Part shown: positions 7,006 through 13,960 of the stretch, piece after piece
How the letters are laid out: each line of letters opens with the position of its first letter
Numbering within the stretch: position 1 is the first letter of the stretch
Origin: an uncultured Pseudomonadota bacterium
Lineage (GTDB): Bacteria; SAR324; NAC60-12
NCBI GenBank assembly: GCA_913020725.1
Contig: CAJWCD010000097.1
Span: 1 to 14,019, forward strand
Direction of reading: 5' to 3'
DNA length: 14,019 bases
Notes under the pieces: generated by a model
What the model saw: the letters and a program-made list of their open reading frames with translations, nothing else
Databases searched by the model: none
Told to the model about the DNA's origin: nothing
Program-made: the position numbers and the translations under genes

Positions 7006-8211
7006 ATGAGTTCACGATTATGGCTTGTCCGTCAGGGGGTATTCCTGTTGGTGTTTGGCTCGCTGCTGGGTTGCGCTCCAAAAGTGACCTTTCAAGTCCA
7101 GCGGGTGGCCGAAACTCCTCTGCCGCCAGCAATCCGCTTTTTGACCATTGCACAGGTTTCCGGAAGTGCAGGGGAAATCGCTCAACCGCAAGATCAGGGT
7201 GAGGGCGGCGGTTTCTCGTTTGGGGGCAAAGCCCAGCAACTCTCTCCGGAAGTGAACGCCTTTGTGGCGCGTCCGGAGCCGTCGGAAGCCACCGCTGATC
7301 TGGTGCGCGCCGCCGTGGTGGATGCGCTCTCCACGCAATCCTCGTTGCGTTTGCTCAACACGACTCCTGACAGTTCCCTGTTGAACGGGAGCCAGCCGGA
7401 TGCTGTGGAAGTGGCGGCCTTGACGATTGAGGTGCGCTACAACACAGCGCAGTTCCTGAAGCGTGAGCAGATCGCCTACCTCGTCATGGTCGAGAACAAG
7501 GGCACGACTTGGGAGCAGCAGTTGCTCGCCAAAACGGGAACAATGATTGCGGAATCCGGAGGCGCCGGGTTCGATGTGCCTGTGGGGTATGTGGAGCGGT
7601 TTGCTGCGCTGGAAGCGACATTCACGCTCACGCGAAAAAGCGATGGAGCGTTACTGCTGCCTCCGCAAACCTTCCGGAGTTACTATGTCCGCAAATGGGG
7701 CGGTAGCCGTGGAGGCACCCACCTTGCCCCAAAGATTCGCACCCGCATCCAAGCGCAGTTTCAGCAGGACGAATCCACCCTTGATGCTCTGCTCGCCGAG
7801 GTTGACGTGGCCGAACTGGCTGCGCAGGATCCGGACGAGTACCTTGCGCGGGGACTGCACCTGCGGCGCGATGCGCGGGTGCCGAGGTTGCCTTTGGAGA
7901 TTCAGGCGCGTCTGGCGAAGGAGGTCAGCCGACGCTTTCTACAAACGATCAGCGACACTTCCGAAACCGCAGCACTGAAGCTGCTTTCTGGCGATGCGGT
8001 GGCGGGTGCGCTCATGCAGGGCAATGCCTACGAGGACGCCATTGCGTGGTTGCTGGGGGTGGATTCCAGAGGAGCCGAGGATGAGTACCTGCTCGGCTTG
8101 GCGTATGAGGCGACCGGGCAGTTGCGGCAAGCCCGGATTCACTACGAGGCTGCCCAACGCTTGGATTCCGGGAATTCCGTCATCCAAGAGGCGTTGCAGC
8201 GAATGCGTTGA
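7006..8211 (+). CDS. Putative lipoprotein 3 with C-terminal TPR
   Basis: Start at ATG 7006: MSSRLWLVRQGVFLLVFGSLLG|C (lipobox LLGC); TFQVQRVAET; TPR EYLLGLAYEATGQLRQARIHYEAAQRLD. Confidence 0.85.
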   Translation: MSSRLWLVRQGVFLLVFGSLLGCAPKVTFQVQRVAETPLPPAIRFLTIAQVSGSAGEIAQPQDQGEGGGFSFGGKAQQLSPEVNAFVARPEPSEATADLVRAAVVDALSTQSSLRLLNTTPDSSLLNGSQPDAVEVAALTIEVRYNTAQFLKREQIAYLVMVENKGTTWEQQLLAKTGTMIAESGGAGFDVPVGYVERFAALEATFTLTRKSDGALLLPPQTFRSYYVRKWGGSRGGTHLAPKIRTRIQAQFQQDESTLDALLAEVDVAELAAQDPDEYLARGLHLRRDARVPRLPLEIQARLAKEVSRRFLQTISDTSETAALKLLSGDAVAGALMQGNAYEDAIAWLLGVDSRGAEDEYLLGLAYEATGQLRQARIHYEAAQRLDSGNSVIQEALQRMR

Positions 8212-8233
8212 AAAGGGAGCTGAACAGCAGAAA

Positions 8234-8704
8234 TTAAGCCGCCTCGAGTTCTTCGTGCGGGTCTTTGTTCATGTCAAAGAAGGATTCCGAAATCTTCAGG
8301 GCGCGGGCGATGCGACCCAGCGAGGCGTCCGAAACTTCGGCGTGGTGAGATTCCCAACTCTTGACCGTCTGAATGGCGAAGCCGAATTCGTAGGAAAACG
8401 CTTCAATTGACATGCCTCGGAGCAAGCGGGCGTACTTGATGCGGTCGCCGACGCGCTCAAAGTCGAGAGTGCTGTCGAGTCCCATCTCCCGGACACCAAT
8501 GCTCAACACCTTGGCGATTTCACTGTATTTCGTGAGTTTGGGAGTGGAGTGTCCCGTTTCCCAGTTCTTGACGGCGGTCAGGGAGACGCTGAGCTTGCGG
8601 GCAAAGTCCTTGCGGGACAGGCCTGCGCTTTCCCGCCATTCAACCATTTTTGCTCCAAATTCGGTTTGGCCGTCAGTTTGTGCGTCGTTTGTCGTGTTTG
8701 CCAT
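8234..8704 (-). CDS. Transcriptional regulator with two tandem XRE/Cro-C1 helix-turn-helix domains
   Basis: HTH1 FGAKMVEWRESAGLSRKDFARKLSVSLTAVKNWETG; HTH2 VGDRIKYARLLRGMSIEAFSYEFGFAIQTVKSWES. Start at ATG 8704 (MANTTND...), 156 aa. Confidence 0.85.
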   Translation of the reverse strand: MANTTNDAQTDGQTEFGAKMVEWRESAGLSRKDFARKLSVSLTAVKNWETGHSTPKLTKYSEIAKVLSIGVREMGLDSTLDFERVGDRIKYARLLRGMSIEAFSYEFGFAIQTVKSWESHHAEVSDASLGRIARALKISESFFDMNKDPHEELEAA

Positions 8705-8830
8705 GGCTGTGGTTGTGCAAATCAGATTGTGCTGGAGGCCAGTCGTGCCCGCCAACGCAGTCAGTGTCCCACAAATTTTCCACTGATGCAACCCTTTCGC
8801 CCCTTTCCTGTGTTTTCCTGCTTCCGCAAA

Positions 8831-9448
8831 TCACGCATTTTCCAGCCAATCCACTGCTCCTTTTCCTCTGCGGATGATTTCAGGATCGCCTTCGGAAAAA
8901 TCGATGATCGTTGAATTCCCGGCATAGATCACTCCACCGTCCACCACGGCGTCCACCTGATTCTCATAGTGGTCGTGCAACTCACTGGGGTCATCGTACA
9001 ACTCGTCCTCAGAAAGGCGCAGGCTGCTGCTCAGAATCGGGTGTCCCAGTGTTTCGACAATGCTTTGGGCAATCGGGTGGTCAGGCCAGCGGATGCCCAC
9101 GGTGCTGCGTGGGGTGAGCATGATTTTGGGGATGATCCGGGAGGCTTTGAAGATGAAGGTGTAGGGGCCGGGCAGGAGGCGCCGCATCATTTTGAACACA
9201 TCATTCGGAATGCCCTGTGCGTATTCCTGAATGTGGCTGGTGTTGGTGCAAATGATGGTGAGCGGTTTCTTGGGATTCACCTGCTTGATCTGGGTGATGC
9301 GCTTCATCGCCTTCTTGCTGAAGATGCTGCACCCCAAACCATACACCGTGTCCGTGGGGTAAATGATCACGCCATCGTTTTCCAACAAGGCTGCGACCTG
9401 CTTCACCTGTCGGGGTTGTGGATTGTCTGGATGAATACGAATTAGCAT
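8831..9448 (-). CDS. yciO: Sua5/YciO/YrdC family protein, YciO-like subfamily
   Basis: N-terminal IHPDNPQPR and IIYPTDTVYGLGC, PGPYTFIF, VGIR; has KQV and LSSS where TsaC has KxR and SxN, which points to YciO rather than TsaC. Confidence 0.85.
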   Translation of the reverse strand: MLIRIHPDNPQPRQVKQVAALLENDGVIIYPTDTVYGLGCSIFSKKAMKRITQIKQVNPKKPLTIICTNTSHIQEYAQGIPNDVFKMMRRLLPGPYTFIFKASRIIPKIMLTPRSTVGIRWPDHPIAQSIVETLGHPILSSSLRLSEDELYDDPSELHDHYENQVDAVVDGGVIYAGNSTIIDFSEGDPEIIRRGKGAVDWLENA

Positions 9449-9455
9449 CTATTTT

Positions 9456-10550
9456 TCAAAAACCAGCGGCAACGATCACGGCAAATTCTCTGCGGTGCGC
9501 CTCCACCGCATCCTTGGGCGTGATCAGGCCATGACCATAATTGAAGAAAACCGGAAGTCCGTGCAGGCTACGGAGGTCGTAGCGAAACCCAACCGCGATT
9601 CCGAGCAGGTTTTGTCGAGTGCCCGCAGCCTCTTGGAGGTAGTCCAACTCCAGCAGTTGCACTTGCCCGCCATCCAGCCAGACCCACATCATGCGGTCTT
9701 TCGCAAACCAGAACTCTTGGCGCACGTTCAGGACCACATGGGACTGAGTGCGAAATTCGTTCCTGTAGTAACCCGCAAGGCTCCGGACCCCCGTGAAGCC
9801 CCCCACACGTCCTCCGCTGAACAGGTCCAGATTCCGCCCGCCCTCCGCGAACAACGCCCAGTGGGTGTTGGTGAACTCGCTCCACACAACCTTGTCCTCA
9901 TACTGCACTGCGTACCGAGCAAAGGCGCGGCGGTCTGTTGTGTTGTCCAGCGCCCACTGCTGCCAGTTCAGTCGCCATCCGGACTCCACCGCCAGTGAGA
10001 CAAATCCGGATTGGCTGAAGAGGTTTTTTCGACGCACCTCCATTCGCATGAGTCCCTGCGAATAGGCTGGAGGGGGTTGGTAGCCCACTGCTGTTTTTTC
10101 ACCACGGGAGAACACGGCTCGACTGAACCCCACCTCAAGCCCCACACTCCAAGGCTTGTTTGAGTAAAAGGCAACCGTGCCGTGAGCAGCGGCTCCATTG
10201 CCAGTGTAGGTTTTTTCGGTGAGATGCCTCCCCTTTCGGTAAAGATCCCCTCCGCTTCCTTCAGCAAACAGGGTCAAGCGACCGCCGTACTTGAGTTCGG
10301 TCACGGCACTGGGCTGGTGCGTGTAAGACGTCTGCAACACTGCGGTGCGGAGCGACGCTTTCAGCAGCCCAGATCTTCGGTCTCCGGCTTCATGATCGAT
10401 GACCACCATCGGGGTTCGTCGCCCTTCATTGGAATTGATGGGGAAAATACCACCGAGGGCAAGATAGGTGGGGAAGGGCCGCTCATAACCCATCCCCCTA
10501 CCAACCGCCAGCAACAGCAGGATTCCAAACAGCAACAGACGACAACGCAC
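9456..10550 (-). CDS. Putative outer-membrane beta-barrel protein (Omp85/BamA-barrel-like features, no POTRA domains)
   Basis: GTG 10550, 2 bp after the hydrolase stop, gives a signal peptide (RCRLLLFGILLLLAVGRGMG). Amphipathic beta-strands (ELKYGGRLTLF, WSVGLEVGFS, GIAVGFRYDL), GG..GVRSLAGYYRNEF loop and a C-terminal Phe (FAVIVAAGF). Confidence 0.7.
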   Translation of the reverse strand: MRCRLLLFGILLLLAVGRGMGYERPFPTYLALGGIFPINSNEGRRTPMVVIDHEAGDRRSGLLKASLRTAVLQTSYTHQPSAVTELKYGGRLTLFAEGSGGDLYRKGRHLTEKTYTGNGAAAHGTVAFYSNKPWSVGLEVGFSRAVFSRGEKTAVGYQPPPAYSQGLMRMEVRRKNLFSQSGFVSLAVESGWRLNWQQWALDNTTDRRAFARYAVQYEDKVVWSEFTNTHWALFAEGGRNLDLFSGGRVGGFTGVRSLAGYYRNEFRTQSHVVLNVRQEFWFAKDRMMWVWLDGGQVQLLELDYLQEAAGTRQNLLGIAVGFRYDLRSLHGLPVFFNYGHGLITPKDAVEAHRREFAVIVAAGF

Positions 10551-10552
10551 CT

Positions 10553-11167
10553 TCAGAAGCGGGGAAGGGGTGGGCGTTGGTTTTCGAGGGTCTTGCGCTG
10601 GAAATTGGCCTCCTGCTCCTGCTCCCATGCGCTGCGGGGATCGTTGGCGTCCGGAAACGGGCTGAGGTTTGACAGGAACTGCGTGAACAGTTCGGCAATC
10701 CGGCCAAGCTGGTCGGTGAGGCGGTGTCCGCTGTCCAGCAGGTGAAGGGTGCAACGATGCTGCTCGGCAAAGTGGATGACTCCTTCTGGAGGCACGATGT
10801 CGTCTCGCCAGCCCTGCACGATTTCACACGTTCCGGAGTGGGGGGGAGGCGAGGCTTCCGAAAAGACATCCAGCCCCACAGCGGGAGCGAGCAGGAACAA
10901 TCCGGCAGGCCGCAACTTCTCCGACGCTTTGAGCGAAACCCAGCCCCCTAGGCTGGACCCGACCAGCACCAAGGGTGCCTGTGTTTCCGGATGCAGCCCC
11001 AAGAGCCGTTCGACTCGTGGCTCCGGTTCCTTCAAGTCGGAGTAGTCCGGACTCTCCACACCGTGCCCCAAGGCTTTGGCCTCGTCCGCCAGCCGTCGAA
11101 TTTTGGTGCCCCACGGACCGCTTTCCTGTCCATGCGCGAAATAGATCGTGAAAGGTGAGCTGGTCAT
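10553..11167 (-). CDS. Small alpha/beta hydrolase (YqiA/YcfP-like esterase)
   Basis: HGQES oxyanion region, nucleophile elbow GSSLGG, LLAPA, acid DDIVP, His in SGHRL. Confidence 0.88.
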   Translation of the reverse strand: MTSSPFTIYFAHGQESGPWGTKIRRLADEAKALGHGVESPDYSDLKEPEPRVERLLGLHPETQAPLVLVGSSLGGWVSLKASEKLRPAGLFLLAPAVGLDVFSEASPPPHSGTCEIVQGWRDDIVPPEGVIHFAEQHRCTLHLLDSGHRLTDQLGRIAELFTQFLSNLSPFPDANDPRSAWEQEQEANFQRKTLENQRPPLPRF

Positions 11168-11246
11168 AAACCGTCTGGTTCAAAAAAGTTTGCTCGATTT
11201 TTGAATAGTTTATTGGTTGAGTGTCAACTTACAATCACCACTTTCT

Positions 11247-11900
11247 ATGAACCACTGGATTCAAGAGGAACTGTTCGGGCTGGAACACACCACCCGCCCC
11301 TGTGCAAGGTGTCGGCAAGAATTACCACGCACTCCAGATTTCTTTCCAGCAGGCAGTTGCCGAGACGGCTACTCTTCCTTCTGCCGCAAGTGCAGCCAGT
11401 CGAGTCCCGAACCTGTGGCGCCCCCCGACAACCTGCGATTGCTCGACCCCATGCGGGAAAAACGTTGCGAAACTTGTCGGCAGGTACGTTCCCTCCAAGA
11501 ATTCTTCATGGACTCCCGTAGCCAAGACGGCAAGAGTTGGGTTTGCAAAAGTTGTGGGGCCGGAATGCCCGCGAGCGTCGCATTGGAAACGAACCAAACC
11601 GCGATCGGCTTCATCCAAGACACCCGGAACCAGCGGGTCAAGGTGATCATCAGCCGCAACCTTCGGGACACCCTTGGTCAGTTGCAGGAGGGAGCCTCCG
11701 TGCCACTCCAACTGCTTGCGGTGGAACGCCTTGAATCTCCGGACGAAGCCGAGGATCGTTTCATGGCCTATCAGGAACTCTTGCAGGCCGATCACGTTTT
11801 CAACAACTGGTACGCCTCCTCCCGCACCCTCGGACGCATTCTCGCGTCTCTCCGGGGTGTTCGCACCCCTGCGCCCACCCAGCGGCAGAAGCTCTCCTGA
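11247..11900 (+). CDS. Protein with two C4 zinc-finger repeats and a degenerate T5orf172/MUG113-type GIY-YIG-like domain
   Basis: Repeats RPCARC..DFF..RDGYSSFCRKC and KRCETC..EFF..QDGKSWVCKSC. C-terminal IGFIQ..RVKVIISRN..TLGQLQEGASVPLQLL...HVFNNWY parallels the VYFIQ..KIG.S.N...RL..LQTG.P..L.LL...GEWF pattern. Start at ATG 11247. Confidence 0.7.
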   Translation: MNHWIQEELFGLEHTTRPCARCRQELPRTPDFFPAGSCRDGYSSFCRKCSQSSPEPVAPPDNLRLLDPMREKRCETCRQVRSLQEFFMDSRSQDGKSWVCKSCGAGMPASVALETNQTAIGFIQDTRNQRVKVIISRNLRDTLGQLQEGASVPLQLLAVERLESPDEAEDRFMAYQELLQADHVFNNWYASSRTLGRILASLRGVRTPAPTQRQKLS

Positions 11901-11914
11901 TCCTTGGATTTGCC

Positions 11915-11943
11915 TTGTCAGGCCCCTCGCATCCTGACATACT
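11915..11943 (+). promoter_or_regulatory. Sigma-70-type promoter for the tRNA
   Basis: -35 TTGTCA (11915-11920), 17-bp spacer, extended -10 TGn-CATACT (11938-11943), 11 bp upstream of the tRNA. Confidence 0.6.
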
Positions 11944-11954
11944 TTCGGGTTGGG

Positions 11955-12031
11955 GGCAGGGTAGCTCAGTTGGTGAGAGCGCGGGATTCATAACCCCGAG
12001 GTCGGGAGTTCAATTCTCCCCCCTGCTACCA
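11955..12031 (+). tRNA. tRNA-Met (CAT), elongator type
   Basis: Acceptor GGCAGGG/CCCTGCT, discriminator A, encoded CCA; D-stem GCTC/GAGC; anticodon loop TT-CAT-AA; T-arm GGGAG-TTCAATT-CTCCC. G1-U72 pair and no C1:A72 mismatch argue against initiator; G2-C71/C3-G70 favour Met over Ile2. Confidence 0.95.
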
Positions 12032-12099
12032 AAAATAATCCCTTTATAATAATGGCTTAAGGGATATAGTCCTGCCTTCAGAAAATCCAATAATAGTTC

Positions 12100-12145
12100 A
12101 GTTCTAACACTAGTTCTAACACAAGAATACGATTTTCTGTTAGAA
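12100..12145. repeat. Tandem 11-bp direct repeat plus inverted copy (putative integrase arm-binding sites)
   Basis: AGTTCTAACAC at 12100-12110 and 12112-12122; inverted core TGTTAGAA at 12138-12145. Confidence 0.7.
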
Positions 12146-12220
12146 TTACGGATGGGACTGGACATCTGAGTACTCAAACAACCCTCCTTGAGACCTGAAT
12201 AGTTACATTATTTTCGTACT

Positions 12221-13324
12221 TTAATCCCCAATGAATTTCCAGTTAACGGGAGCAAATACTTTTTTGCCTTCGCGGTTGAGCAACCAGACTCCATTCCCAT
12301 CGTCATCTCGTTCGACGGATTCAACCACACCGAAATCGGTAGCTAGCGGACAGACCATCTGAATATGATTAAGCACTTTGGGAGTTGCTTTACTGAACTT
12401 GGCTACGGTCGGAATTTCGTTGGGCAGCTGATTCCTACGGGAAGATTCCACGCCCTCGTGAAAATAGGAACAGACATCCTCAATACCTAAACGGCGCCGG
12501 TGCCGGCCATTCCACGGCGCGTAGTGTCGGCCGCCATTGGAAATCCAGAAGAGCGTGCTAGGAAATTGTTTGGGATTCTTAAGTGAGATCCATGCGTAGC
12601 CGTCAAAAGTAACGGCCATCCAGGCAAAATTCTCGTCCTTTGCAGCAAACAGAACCAGGTCTTCAAATCCAGCGCGGGCCGGGTACTCCAATAAGGAAGT
12701 AGTTGAACCTTCCGCCAACGGAACCTGATCCAAAGAAGTGAAAGTCGCACCGGCTTTCAAGCTGCTATAGCCTCCTGTAGCTGGATCTTCAAAGCGATCC
12801 GGGTAAACCTGTCCGAACTGGATTGGACTTGTGCGGATGGCAAAGGGGCCACCTTGCTCCGGGAATCCAAGAATCGGGTGGTGTCCATAATTGAATGAAC
12901 CTTCGATGCCGGAAATGGTGTGTTTCTGGTAAATGGCATGTTGCCCGGCTACCAAACTAATCTCCTTAGTCACTCTGCCGCCGATGTCGTCCGGTTGAAT
13001 TTCAAGCGTCAGCTTTCGGCTCTCTACGGCTACCAGAGACCAGTCCATGTTCGCTATGGCGCCATGGGGATGAGGTAAAGAGTCACTGACCCCGAATGGC
13101 AAACAAAAGAAGTCCCCGCGCAAGACCTTGATCAGGTTTGGCATGTCGCCGTCGATCTTTTCATCAACCCACGGGTTGATAGCATAGGGTGAGACCTTGC
13201 CACCCTCCAAACTAAAATTAACTGGGGCGAGGTGCCCACCCGTTAGAGTAACATAGAGCTCTACCTGGTCAGTGGATAATTTAGCGGACGTATAATTGTG
13301 AATGAGATGTGTTTCAGCAGACAT
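12221..13324 (-). CDS. Conserved hypothetical protein, probable galactose-mutarotase/aldose-epimerase-like beta-sandwich
   Basis: 367-aa intact ORF; motifs LRGDFFCLPFG, PHPHGAIANMDW, NYGHHPIL, LFWISNGGR and LGIED resemble the His/His/Glu layout of mutarotase-like proteins. The fold assignment is inference. Confidence 0.6.
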   Translation of the reverse strand: MSAETHLIHNYTSAKLSTDQVELYVTLTGGHLAPVNFSLEGGKVSPYAINPWVDEKIDGDMPNLIKVLRGDFFCLPFGVSDSLPHPHGAIANMDWSLVAVESRKLTLEIQPDDIGGRVTKEISLVAGQHAIYQKHTISGIEGSFNYGHHPILGFPEQGGPFAIRTSPIQFGQVYPDRFEDPATGGYSSLKAGATFTSLDQVPLAEGSTTSLLEYPARAGFEDLVLFAAKDENFAWMAVTFDGYAWISLKNPKQFPSTLFWISNGGRHYAPWNGRHRRRLGIEDVCSYFHEGVESSRRNQLPNEIPTVAKFSKATPKVLNHIQMVCPLATDFGVVESVERDDDGNGVWLLNREGKKVFAPVNWKFIGD

Positions 13325-13403
13325 AGGATTACTTTATCAAAGGGTGGTCTGTTATTTATCAATCCTTAGAGGGTTGCTTACCTCAAGACAAACAAACTTT
13401 CGT

Positions 13404-13937
13404 TCAAGTGACCGAGCATTTTATGCGACACCACCTACCAGGTGATCTTAACCGGTCAGTCAAGGCGGCACCGGCATGGTTGTTTGAATCCATTCCTGAT
13501 GTAGGTCCGCCAATTATCATCCCGTTTCCTTTTCTAAAGTTAGAGGTAGAAAAATCATCTGAATATTTGGATTTACTTGAAGCTCCAGGTATAAAAATAA
13601 AACCTAAATTAATTGATTTATTGATATTATTTTTTCCAAATATTATTATTTGATTATAGTCTGCTGACGCAGAACCTGACCTACTTTTTGTTGTTGTATT
13701 AGTAGAAGCCCAGACGTAACCTCTGTTGATTGTGTCAGTACTAGTTACATCACCTTTTCAGAAACCATACTAAAAACACCATCAATACTTGTTTTATCAT
13801 TTATTTCAACTGTAACTCCACCAAGTAGATTTGTAGTTTTATCGATGTCTGTATATTCATAAACTCTATCATAATTAGCATTACTTGAATTAGTATCTGA
13901 AATTAATCTTTCATGATTTGATGATGGCAGGATTGGT
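13404..13937 (-). pseudogene. Frameshifted, truncated fragment of an AT-rich outer-membrane beta-barrel-like gene
   Basis: Frame 1 reads ...NHERLISDTNSSNANYDRVYEYTDIDKTTNLLGGVTVEINDKTSIDGVFSMVSEK. Adding one base at the A4 run (plus strand 13755-13758) continues GDVTSTDTINRGYVWASTNTTTKSRSGSASADYNQIIIFGKNNINKSINLGFIFIPGASSKSKYSDDFSTSNFRKGNGMIIGG... No start codon or signal peptide. Confidence 0.55.
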
Positions 13938-13960
13938 TACTTCGATCAGAGATTCGTGAG

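Noticed and set aside
8831..9448. Calling this gene tsaC/sua5
   Set aside because: It lacks the KxR and SxN motifs and the Sua5 C-terminal domain; it has the YciO-type N-terminus.
10551..10754. N-terminal extension of the beta-barrel ORF
   Set aside because: It overlaps the hydrolase gene; the signal peptide starts at GTG 10550.
11982..11998. A31-C39 mismatch in the tRNA anticodon stem
   Set aside because: A single mismatch at the loop-closing pair with all other arms and CCA intact; not evidence of a pseudo-tRNA or recoding.
13408..13653. 81-aa plus-strand ORF
   Set aside because: It is the antisense of the minus-strand pseudogene frame; no supporting motif.
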